DNA of 58,236 nt, the filler included, from Asterionella formosa (taxonomy: Eukaryota), in NCBI GenBank assembly GCA_002256025.1. It is 7 parts of 7 records of this genome, joined end to end, with 100 filler letters (N's around TTAATTAATTAA, not from the genome) between each part and the next. Parts side by side here need not be neighbours in the genome. Positions count along the whole stretch, not along the records: positions 1 to 8,255 come from NKIB01012292.1; positions 8,356 to 16,597 come from NKIB01012293.1; 5 more parts are not named here. One strand, 5' to 3'. Shown piece after piece: positions 1 to 9,899 of the stretch (within the stretch, counting starts at the first letter, position 1; each line of letters opens with the position of its first letter). Both the position numbers and the translations under genes were made by a program. Under the pieces are notes generated by a model that worked only from the letters and a program-made list of their open reading frames with translations, was not told the DNA's origin and ran no database searches.

Positions 1-1110
1 AATTCTCCATTCTTGGTCTACTTTGATTATGAAGAGAATCGAGATGGCTACTGGAATTACAATCACATGGTGTGTCAATTCGAAGACACAATTGATGTAC
101 TAAAAGTGATGCATCCACACTATAAGTTTGTTTATCTATTTGACCATTCAAGTGGACACAGCAAACATAGACCTGATGGATTGAGTTCAATCAGGATGAA
201 AAAAACCTTTGGTGGAAAAGGGTTGCCCATGCGATCTACAATCATTGAACAAGAAGCAGGATTCCTTGGCCCCTTTCAAAGAAAATTACAGCCTGGTCAA
301 ACACAGCACCTAACATTCCAACCTGATGATGCATGAGGGCCCATGTTGGATGACTCCTTCTGAATCCTTCTGAACAAGAAGCAAGTCGAAATGATACCAC
401 CATCATTGGAGTACCCATGGAAATTCAAAGAAGTTGTGCCCAATTAATATTCAATCTTGATGCTAAGGGAGCCAATACTAAAGGGAAGAATAAAAGCGAT
501 CTGATGCTCCTCTGTCTACAATATCAAGTGACAACATCGACACAAATTTCAAGGATCAAGGAGGGTTGGGAAGGAAAATCGAAGGGATCACTAGTTCAAG
601 TGCTCTGGGAAAGGGGACTAATTGATGGAACAAAGTTGAATAGCCACACACCACTTACTGGTCGAAAGGATGCATTTAGCCTAATAGAGTGCAACACTAG
701 TCTTTGACATCTTATGTCCTTGTGCTCTGACTTCTTGAATGAGCAAGGCATGATGCAATATATTGGGACCAAACTTGGAGTGGAAGCGATGCTAACTCCA
801 AAATGCCATGCCAAGAAGATAGCTGGGGAAGGTGTGGAATACATGTGGGCGTGTGCCAATCAAAGGCACATACCGGAACCTGGCACTGAAGGAAAAGAAG
901 GGGAATTTCATGGCAAGTGATAGAACATGTTTGTCAGCAGAAGTAATTACAGGAGCCCGAATATGAAAACGCTTCTTACCATGCTCTTGATTCTGGCTTA
1001 TTTGAACCAGAACTGCAACAGCAGTGCTCCAAGCTTGGCCCTGTCGAAATCAACGACCTTATAAAGAAGATGAAGACACATGGATGTGCCTTGGACTTGA
1101 TTACATGTTG
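1..1110 (+). mobile_element. Degenerate DDE (IS630/Tc1/mariner-like) transposase, C-terminal part, 5'-truncated by window start
   Basis: Fragmented ORFs 13-336, 417-707 and 714-920 give GYWNYNHM...YLFDHSSGH, GWEGKSKG..QVLWERG and LTPKCHA..AGEGVEYMWA, ending in a KTHGCALD-like tail; stops and frameshifts lie between the pieces. Confidence 0.75.
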
Positions 1111-1203
1111 ATAATGAATGTAGATGAATAAAGCGATCACTGATGTTGTTATATCCTTTTCAACATTACATAAAGTCATGCATGAATATATTTATCCATC
1201 AAA

Positions 1204-1286
1204 TATTCCCTACGTTAATTATCTATCATACTAGGGCTACGGTGGCTACTATACCGGTATGTACTCTGAGAATGATTCCAGCCATA
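1204..1286 (+). repeat. ~80-bp direct repeat, copy 1 (probable right end of the transposon)
   Basis: TATTCCCTACGTTAATTATCTATCATACTAGGGCTACGGTGGCTACTA..TGTACTCTGAGAATGATTCCAGCCATA recurs at 1956-2032. Confidence 0.9.
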
Positions 1287-1413
1287 ATTATCGGGTTGAC
1301 ATCGATAAAGCCTCCCCTTGACCGTCTTCCGTCCATTGTTGTCTTACAGACACAATAGAATCCAGTCCGAACTTGTGGATTCAACACTATCCATTGACGG
1401 CTTCATCTAGAGT

Positions 1414-1955
1414 ATGAAGTTCTCTTTTTCCTTGTTGACTAGCATGGCGTTGCTTCCCAAGTTTGCTGTTGGCTTTTCGGCTCCCCGAGCGTCTTCCATC
1501 ACTCTCGCCAGCCTCCGCCTCTTCTTGACAACGGAAGAAACGGCGTCTGCTAAGCCCATTGTCAACGAAGAAGCTTACGAGCAGGCCAGCATGGAAGACA
1601 TCGTTTCCTTATGTAAACGACGCGGATTCGTTTTTCCGTCTTCAGAAATTTACAATGGGTACACTGGCTTTTATGACTATGGCCCTATTGGATCTGAACT
1701 GAAGAAAAATGTCAAGGATGCGTGGTGGAGGCACTTCGTAACGAGAAGAGAAGATGTCGTTGGCTTGGACAGCAGCATCATCCACAACCCAGCGACATGG
1801 AAGTCCTCCGGTAAGGCGAATGCTAACTTTCACTGCTTTTAATGTGCTCACATGTTCGCGAGCCATTTCGTTGCTAACCGTTCAACTCAACGAAATGCAG
1901 GCCACGTCGACGGATTCTCTGACCCAATGGTAGATTGCAAGGAAACTAAATTACG
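1414..1955 (+). pseudogene. GARS: Organellar (probably plastid-targeted) glycyl-tRNA synthetase, 5' fragment only; exons 1414-1810 and 1901-1955
   Basis: Signal peptide plus VGF-SAP cleavage-like motif; [30 protein letters not shown] intron 1811-1900 restores [23 protein letters not shown]; homology ends at the repeat and a TAG follows at 1984-1986. Confidence 0.85.
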
Positions 1956-2032
1956 TATTCGCTATGCTAATTATCTATCTTACTAGGGCTACGGTGGCTA
2001 CTACATGTACTCTGAGCATGATTCCAGCCATA
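1956..2032 (+). repeat. ~80-bp direct repeat, copy 2, at the GlyRS breakpoint
   Basis: Close match to 1204-1286, lacking the CCGGTA present in copy 1. Confidence 0.9.
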
Positions 2033-2065
2033 TGCACATACTGAAGGTAATGCACGACCAAGGGT

Positions 2066-2172
2066 GGAGACTGCCTGCGAGTATTCTTGTGTTCGAGGCT
2101 TGGGAGGCGCGAGTAGGTTGACCTTCTCGCAGGGCCGGGCCGAGTACACAAGATTGCGAGTAGGCAGACTCC
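2066..2172. repeat. GC-rich imperfect hairpin (MITE- or TE-end-like)
   Basis: GGAGACTGCCT pairs with AGGCAGACTCC, and TCTTGTGT pairs with ACACAAGA. Confidence 0.55.
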
Positions 2173-2194
2173 TCCCGAGTAAGGTATTACATAG

Positions 2195-2589
2195 GCAATT
2201 CCCGCTCCAGCTATCGTCTTGGCATTCGGGTACTTCTAAGTAATTTTTAGGCTCTAAGTAATTTCTTAAGTAATTTTTATTTAAGGGCAATATGGGGGCT
2301 ACTTATTACATCGCATTTCATACTTCGGTTGCTCCAAACATCATGTTCAATTTTCATTGATGTGGCAGCATGTTACAATCATTCTCGTGTGTTTTAGGCT
2401 TGTTGTACCATCTCCATGCATATTACCGTTATTTTGGTTGTCATGCTAAAATCGGCAATTTTATTGCCGAAAAATTCGATGTGCCCCATATTGCCCTTAA
2501 ATAAAAATTACTTAAGAAATTACTTAGAGACTAAAAATTACTTAGAAGTACCCGAATGGCAAGACGACGATAGCTGGAGCGGGAATTGC
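2195..2589. mobile_element. MITE-like element with ~100-bp terminal inverted repeats
   Basis: 2195-2298 (GCAATTCCCGCTCCAGCTATCGTC...AAGGGCAATATGGGG) is the near-perfect reverse complement of 2483-2589; internal TAAGTAATTT repeats; no coding capacity. Confidence 0.8.
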
Positions 2590-2810
2590 TCTGACAGACA
2601 CTCTTGATCAATCACAGTCAAGAACGGTACTAGTGTACCTGGTACCTAGTATGATGTAGAAGGGTAGTCTACCTGTACCAGGTAATCTGTGTACCTGGTA
2701 TGTTAATTATGCAGATTTTGTTTTATGTTACTACCGGTATATTGGAAAGTCATCACACGCTATATATTGAAAGGAGTAGTCTAGCCATCACTTGAAATTC
2801 CACCAGTGCA

Positions 2811-3950
2811 ATGTCGATTAAAAAGAAAGCCCATTGCATCTACAGGAACTCCTTGTTGATTGTCTTTACAGGATGTTTCTTTTCAATCATCAATTACTAT
2901 TACATCGGCGTGCAGACGAACATGCCATCGGATCATGATTCAAACCATTACCTTCCGTTCCATCCTGTCTATACAAAGGCATCACTCCTGGCCCTCTTTA
3001 CAGAGACCGCGACTGAACACGTTCGTGCTAACAACTGGCTCATGGGCTGTGCCGACCTTCACACCATGCTACCTTATTTTAGGGCAATCTCAGACCGTGG
3101 ATTGAACTTAACAGGAAACCATCGGCTGATCATTGATGTGGGAGCGAACTTTGGGGATGACACTGAGAGTGCCGTGGGGGCTTTTCACAATATCGCGGGC
3201 ATGTGCAATAATATGGACAAACCTTTCACCTTGGTTAGCATTGAGCCATCACCACAAGTGTTCTGCAAATTGACCAAGTATGTACAGAAGAGGGGATGGA
3301 ACAGCCCTGCTCAAAACGTCCACCTGTTGAATATTGCCGTATCTGATAGGACAGGATTCTTACGCTTCTCGGATCCGGGAAATGAGGGCGGCATGTTACT
3401 AGACCAGAGTAGTTCGGAGATACCAACCATGACTAAGGAGGAGATTGGTCAACTCAGCAGATGCCAATTAACGAATTTGACAGATAGCATTGACGGCGAC
3501 AGAGTTAGCATTGTGCCAACATACACTATCGACATCCTTGTCGCCTCGTTGAAGAACTTAAACATTGTGGAAACAGAGGCGGAAGTGTTTATCCTCAAGA
3601 CTGATGCAGAGGGCCACGATGAATTCGTGTTGAAGGGTTCCACTAACCTGCTCAGGGAAAAGAGGATCACCTTTGTGGTTTTCGAGGTGTTTGACAATAA
3701 TGCCCTTCTCCGGATAGTTGAACATATGTCGTCACTCGAGTACACTTGTTTTCTAATCTCGCCGAAAATACTAATCCCCGTTCATCCCAAGGAATGGTGG
3801 TATCAACCTCTAGATGAACCCGGGGACTGGTGGGGGAATGGGATCTGTGGTATTTCTGGTAGTACGAGCCTGTCGATGCTCTGGCACATGTTTCATAGTG
3901 ACAACCTAATCCTTGCCAATTCCTATTTTCATCTGCTGAGAAGTGTTTAG
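2811..3950 (+). CDS. FkbM-family (Methyltransf_21) SAM-dependent methyltransferase with N-terminal membrane anchor
   Basis: IIDVGANFGD, IEPSP, LNIAVSD and ILKTDAEGHDEFVLKG motifs; hydrophobic segment near residues 15-33; intact 379-aa ORF. Confidence 0.85.
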   Translation: MSIKKKAHCIYRNSLLIVFTGCFFSIINYYYIGVQTNMPSDHDSNHYLPFHPVYTKASLLALFTETATEHVRANNWLMGCADLHTMLPYFRAISDRGLNLTGNHRLIIDVGANFGDDTESAVGAFHNIAGMCNNMDKPFTLVSIEPSPQVFCKLTKYVQKRGWNSPAQNVHLLNIAVSDRTGFLRFSDPGNEGGMLLDQSSSEIPTMTKEEIGQLSRCQLTNLTDSIDGDRVSIVPTYTIDILVASLKNLNIVETEAEVFILKTDAEGHDEFVLKGSTNLLREKRITFVVFEVFDNNALLRIVEHMSSLEYTCFLISPKILIPVHPKEWWYQPLDEPGDWWGNGICGISGSTSLSMLWHMFHSDNLILANSYFHLLRSV

Positions 3951-4139
3951 ACTATAAATAACATTAAAATCCATGCGCTGGAGTGAGTTTACTCCGACTT
4001 TCATTTGACTTTTAGCACATTTACTTCAAGCCATATCTTGCTTTAACTAATCCATTTTTACTTGAACTATTATACTGTCCTACTACTTGAAAAGCAAAAT
4101 CAATGGAAGCTAAATGCTATAATAAGCAACAAAGACTGG

Positions 4140-4480
4140 TCTCAATTTTTGGCTAAATCAGAGTAAAGCCGAATGTAATTGGAACCAACAAGCTGGCTTG
4201 GTGGTTGATAAATTGAATATCAAAGAGATAGAGATGCATTCCAAGTATCATTTTGGAATTGGAATTACTATATAGGGCGCACGCAATTGATATGAATAGC
4301 GAAATTACTGCAACTTGCAGCAAGTTGTGGTAATTTACCTACATCGACAGTGCTTTGTGAGTTTTCGTGCCAACAGTAGTGATTCCAACTCCAAATTGAT
4401 ACATGTGTATCTTTTTGATTTCCATTTAATTTTTTTTTAAATTTACATATAATAAACCAACCCAACCGGCTTGTTGTTTT
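4140..4480. mobile_element. Two abutting ends of a dispersed TIR element forming a long degenerate palindrome centred at 4319
   Basis: AAATTACTGCAACTTGC-A-GCAAGTTGTGGTAATTT at the centre; the flanks are mutually inverted (TTGGAATTGGAATT vs GATTCCAACTCCAAA); the left arm matches 17085-17281. Confidence 0.65.
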
Positions 4481-5337
4481 GAACTATATTGTCAATTAGT
4501 TTTCAAAGAGCAGGGCATTCTTTTTCACTCAGATCATCCTCCAACCCATTGATTTCCAAACCCAAATTTGAAACTAATGTGGGAACCAGATGTTCATGCA
4601 CGTAATCATACTCATACTCATAGATTTTCTCCACCTAGAGAGAATTCAAATTATCAATTCCAAGTTGCTTGAAAGCTTTCATGGCATCTGAATTGGCTTG
4701 TTCAAAGAAGGCTGGAGGGGGCTTCTCTTTATTGATTGTTGACTTGCAAAAGACATCTTTTGTATTGTATGCAAGCCCTCAATGACATTGTGTAAGGGCG
4801 CTGGTCTTCAATGTAGGAGATGCTTCAATGATACCAAGGTTATTCATCAATCTAATTGAATATTCTAGACACTGTTGTCATGTCCAACTTGCATAATCCT
4901 TTTCCTCCTGAACAAATCGAATCAATTCTTTGTGACGCTTCATCGTGCACATCATTGCCTGCTATTTGCTTGTCAGTGCCTCGGCCTCCTTGCACCCCCT
5001 AAGAATCACTTTGTGAAATTGTTGTCAAGAAAATAAGAGACATTGCTGTTCTTTGGAAATACAGGAGCAGGCAACCCAGTCTCATTAATGAAGGATAGAT
5101 TGTGCAGGGCATGCACAACCTCTCTGCATTCCATTCCTTCTTGTCGCTTTAATGCTCAAAAAGTTGGTTCTCATGATGATTTGTCATGAATTCAACACAA
5201 ATAAAAATCGGTAAAAACAAAGATGATGTGATGATAACATTCAAATGGAAGCCATTGCCGGACTACCAATGATATGACGACATAATTGACATGGAAACAA
5301 CTAATGCTGGAAAACCAATATCATGCCAGTCACTTAC

Positions 5338-5783
5338 AAACAACCTACCATTGTTGTCATCAATAGGTGATGGAGGGTATGCAATAACACGGTCTATTTC
5401 AAACAACCTAACATTGGTATCTATAGGTGATGAACGGCACGCAATAACACGTTCTCGTTCAAACAATGTAGCATTGGTATCTACAGGTGATGGAGGGTCA
5501 GAAATAACACGGTCTCGAACAAACAACCTTACATTGGTAAATATCAATAGGTGATGGATGGTACACAATAACACGTTCTCATACAAACAATGTTGCATTG
5601 GTATCTATAGGTGATGGCGGAGGGTACGCACGCAATAACATGGTATCATACAAACAACTAAACATTGGTATCTAAAGGTGATGAAGGGTACACAATAACA
5701 CGTTCTTGTACAAACAAGGTGATATTGGTATCTATTGGAGCAGGTGATGGAGGGTATGCAATAACACGGTCATGTAGAAACAG
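5338..5783. repeat. 60-bp tandem repeat (~7 copies) with 120-bp dimeric higher-order structure
   Basis: Unit AAACAACCTAACATTGGTATCTATAGGTGATGGAGGGTAYGCAATAACACGKTCTCGTAC; the minus strand reads as a 20-aa repeat (PSPIDTNVRLFERDRVIAYP-like). Confidence 0.9.
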
Positions 5784-8255
5784 CCCACCTGTAGTACTAC
5801 CTATATTTACTGGCAGTGATACATCATTTACAAGGACCAGAAAGTATTTACTCATAGCTATGATATAAACAATGCATGTCATTGCTATGAGACAATGATT
5901 GATCAAAATTAATTTTGAGTAATAGGATATATTGATGTTAAAAGTAAGATCAAAAGAGCTTAATATTGTTATCCGTGATCTAATTTTATCGGCAATCTCG
6001 TCTAACCAGAAAGTATGATCTGTAATTCATAAAGTTTGATTCTTATATCCTACACATTTGATAAAAGCATATTTACCGTATGATAAACGATTTCAATGAT
6101 ATGAGAAAATGAATCAATACAATTATTATATGATTTAAACCAGCATATGAAATTTTTTGTATGGCTCCTGCTAATCAAGGGGCTTAATTAGATCACTGAC
6201 TTTTAGTTACAAGAATTGATACGGAAAAATTCAAAAACAGTACTTCAGGTTGTGGAAACAATGACATGCATTCTCATGCATCGTATATCTTCTAATTACT
6301 TATAAGCTTAACTGATGATAGTATATGATGTGTGATATAAAGAGTGCCTTTGAACATAATAAAAATGCATATTTTTTAAATGTATACATAGCTAATACAT
6401 TTGAAATCATGTTGAAAGGTTCCTTGTCAGGAATAACGGTAACAGATCCTGAAATGAGATATCACATCAGCCGCATTACAAGGAAAACTGAAGTGACGCT
6501 ACCACAACAAGAGAAAACTTGCTGCTGAGAAGGATTAAAACTTGGAACAGTGAATGGAATCTAGCTGTCATGGCATGTCAAAGGCATATGCCAGGATGAT
6601 CAATTGTTTGCTTCACAATGGATTAATGATTGCTTTGCATTCATTGGGAAACCACCAAAGTCGATAAAACTAAATTGGAATGCGCTCTTCTTGGATCAAT
6701 GCACAAATATTAGAACATCACTGAAACATGCATGTTTTTATCTTTCAGGATAATTGTTATCAAACAGTTTTGCTGTATATAAATGACATCGGTGGAACAA
6801 TCTGTTGATATGTACTTACGCGACATTTGACTGACAACATTTAGATTGGGCCAAAAAAATAAAAACGAAGTCAGGTTCACCTAATTGTAGACTATTTAGA
6901 TCATATATTATATACTCAGCCAATTATGTTCAGAATTATTTTTAAATAGAAGGGGCTGCTATTATTGGACGTTGTGGTTCATGTGAGGCAGTGACCTAAA
7001 GGTTGGGTGCAACTAAACCGGAACAGAGGGAGAACATTCTTTCATCATATATCTATCTTAACATGATGGTAATTATAATCGAAATCACTTTGAAAATCGC
7101 TTGAAATGGATTGTAATTTTACTACTAAATCTAGAAATGATTTTTATGTTTCTAGATTCTGTGCAGTTAAACAGGCAATGTTCCCCTTTCTATTGTCTCA
7201 ATGCACTTGATGCATTCCTCCTGCCTCCATTTAATTACCCTGCAAGCCTCCCCCGCTTCCCTTTCATTCTGGTTCTCAAAATTGTCTGACTAATTGGCTT
7301 GCTGTAACTCCCTTTTCCTTTTGATCGGCTTCTGAATTCGCATGCACTATTCAATTGATATATCTATTTTGATTTCCTAATCATAAATGAGAAGGAATTA
7401 CCTGTTAGCCATGTTTTTTAAACCTCAACACTGCAGCGGATTTCTTTAAAGGATGTGGATCGAGCTGGGTTAGTTGCTTAGCGGTGTGCAACTATACTGG
7501 AACAGAGGGAGGACATCATTGGATAATGTTTTGATAATTACATGGTGTATCATTCATTTTAAGTATGCTTAACATGATCATACTTATAGTATGAATTTAT
7601 CATACATATAACGAAATATGTATCATGCGACGAAAATTTCTGTGCCAGCTAGCATACAATACCTGTAATTTAATAAAAATGATACTTTCTATTCTTCGCA
7701 GATGCTGGAAAGGGCTGAATACCTCATAGTGGCCTCAAGAAGAATGGCAGCCCTGGGACAAACAACAATTATACCACATTTCAGTCATGCTTCCAGTAGA
7801 TGGGAGGAGCCATCAAGGTTGGCTTGCAACAAACAACATTCACAATCCAGGCACAACCAGCAATCCCCTCCTGCAGTTTCAACGAACCCGGCTCAGAACC
7901 TAGATATCACCCAAAAAATCCCCGACTCCTACTGACGGATCACAACAAAAATCTCCATCCCCCGTTTTCTATCTTACTGGCCAGCCATGGAGCACAACGA
8001 ATACAATCCTGTCCCTACCAGTACTAAAGTGTCGCTATAAAAATTATTGCCATCCATATCGTATGTAAGGGATCACATCATCATACAAATGTCATACGTG
8101 GCGAACAAGAATGCTAAGGGAGGGAGCACAACAGTCTACGTATGTCAATACGTATACCATTACCGTATATACATGCAAACTACATATTGGTACATGTTTA
8201 TGTATGATGCAAGAAAAAAAGTTCTATACTATCTCTCTTTACAGTACTAAAAAAC

Positions 8256-8355
8256 NNNNNNNNNNNNNNNNNNNNNNNNNNNNNNNNNNNNNNNNNNNNT
8301 TAATTAATTAANNNNNNNNNNNNNNNNNNNNNNNNNNNNNNNNNNNNNNNNNNNN
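8256..8355. other. Artificial contig linker
   Basis: N44-TTAATTAATTAA-N44, stops in all six frames. Confidence 0.98.
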
Positions 8356-8447
8356 TCAGTGAAGGTGTCCTCCTCTGGACCTCTACTTCTGGAGACATCC
8401 GTCCCACGATGGCTTCTGAGGTCTTCGTCGTCCCACGAGTATGACAT
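8356..8447 (-). CDS. Possible first codons of a gene running off the contig start (MSYSWDDEDLRSHRG...)
   Basis: ATG at 8447 with open frame to the contig end; coding-like composition; a TACCGGTA cluster lies upstream at 8846. Confidence 0.35.
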
Positions 8448-9899
8448 GACGATCTATATGCTGAGGATTCAAAGTAAAATGCGTGAGTCTAGTTTATGCA
8501 AGGAAAGAAAGGAGCAAACGCGACAAGTCGGATGAGATTCAAATTCAAATGAGAAACTGCTACTTTGAAATCTCATGTCAGTTTCAACTGTAATGTCTGG
8601 TTAGCGCTTCTTTCGGTTGGTCGTGACACCAGCTACATTGGTTCTGTTTTCCTTTCAAGCAACCGTCTGTTCTTACCAGCGTATTGAGCAATTTACGGGT
8701 ATGCCAAAGTAGCTGTTAGTATGTAGCTCACAATGAGTTATAACAGAAGTATATGATAAAATGCAAGGAATTGATATGAGTCGATCCGAAGAAACAATGA
8801 TGGGTGATGCGAGGTTCAAATTTGAAAGCACCATATATTCTTGATTACCGGTACTGGTACAGGTACCAGGTACTACTATCGGTAGTATACGAATGCGCTA
8901 TAGCTAATAGGCCACCGGTTGTTCTCATTGAGACGCAAAACAAAGCAATGCAAGCAGGAGCGCGAAAGCGCGAGGATGAGCGCTGCTGTTGTAGCCGGCA
9001 TACCCTGGTACGTACATAAGCGCATTAATGATAAATTATATTAGCCGTCGTTCGCCGTGAATTGATTCGGCTTGAAGTGAGCTCTTACATACAGGTTCAA
9101 AAGGACACCAGCCAAGCAAAACCACCATGGGGAAATGTCCAATCTATGTATGAATGCATATTCCGGAAATTGTTGGGACTAAATGAAGGTCCGGTAATCG
9201 AGATATTTAGCTCAGTTTTGTTCTGAGTAAAAAACGTGACACGGTGAAGCTGGTGATTTTCGGTTGAAGTTACGGTGAAGATCACCTACATGGCGTTCTC
9301 CCGGACGATTGTCCGCTAGCTGCTGGTACTAGATCATAGTAGCATCCTACCAAAGGCTAAATTAATTTATGGAATCCTTTGTTGTATTGAGTACACGGAA
9401 AAGTTTTTCATGAGTTCAAGTGATACATGCCCCTCTATTGCTCGAGTCATTGTTGTGCTTTCTTGACGTTTCCCTGTTTTGAAGAATAAAATTAGCATAA
9501 AACCTAGTACGTCAGTAAGTGATGATCACGATGCATATAGACGATTTTAAAGAGTGAATTGATGACGTTTTCAATGAATTAAAACGCCTGTCCTGCGTCA
9601 CGTTATCAATTTCAACAAAATGACCGGAACTTGCAGGTTCAAATCAAGATTCCCTGGTCCTGGCTCAGTCATCATTTATCTGCCTGCACTATGTGGATCT
9701 GGTAGTTAGTGCATATTGCCGGAGCGAGAGGAGCTTATGGGAAGCAACCATATCCATGCAATTGATCTTGACTGAAAAAAAATTTAGATCTGAGCCTGTG
9801 AGAGGCACAATCATGGATGCTGCATCTAGTATATATTAAGCTACTGTTGTGGCTCTGAGGGTCCAACATCATTGCTTGTAGACTGTGGTTGGAGGTCAA

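Noticed and set aside
1967..2607. Two ORFs sharing PLNKNYLRNYLE.KNYLEVPE
   Set aside because: They are translations of the two arms of the inverted repeat, not genes.
7700..8050. Possible DIRS-like terminal or recombinase remnant (IQAQP peptide)
   Set aside because: Resemblance too short to call without an alignment.
8300..8311. TTAATTAATTAA palindrome recurring about every 8.3 kb
   Set aside because: Always centred in 100-bp N blocks; it is a six-frame-stop assembly linker, not biology.
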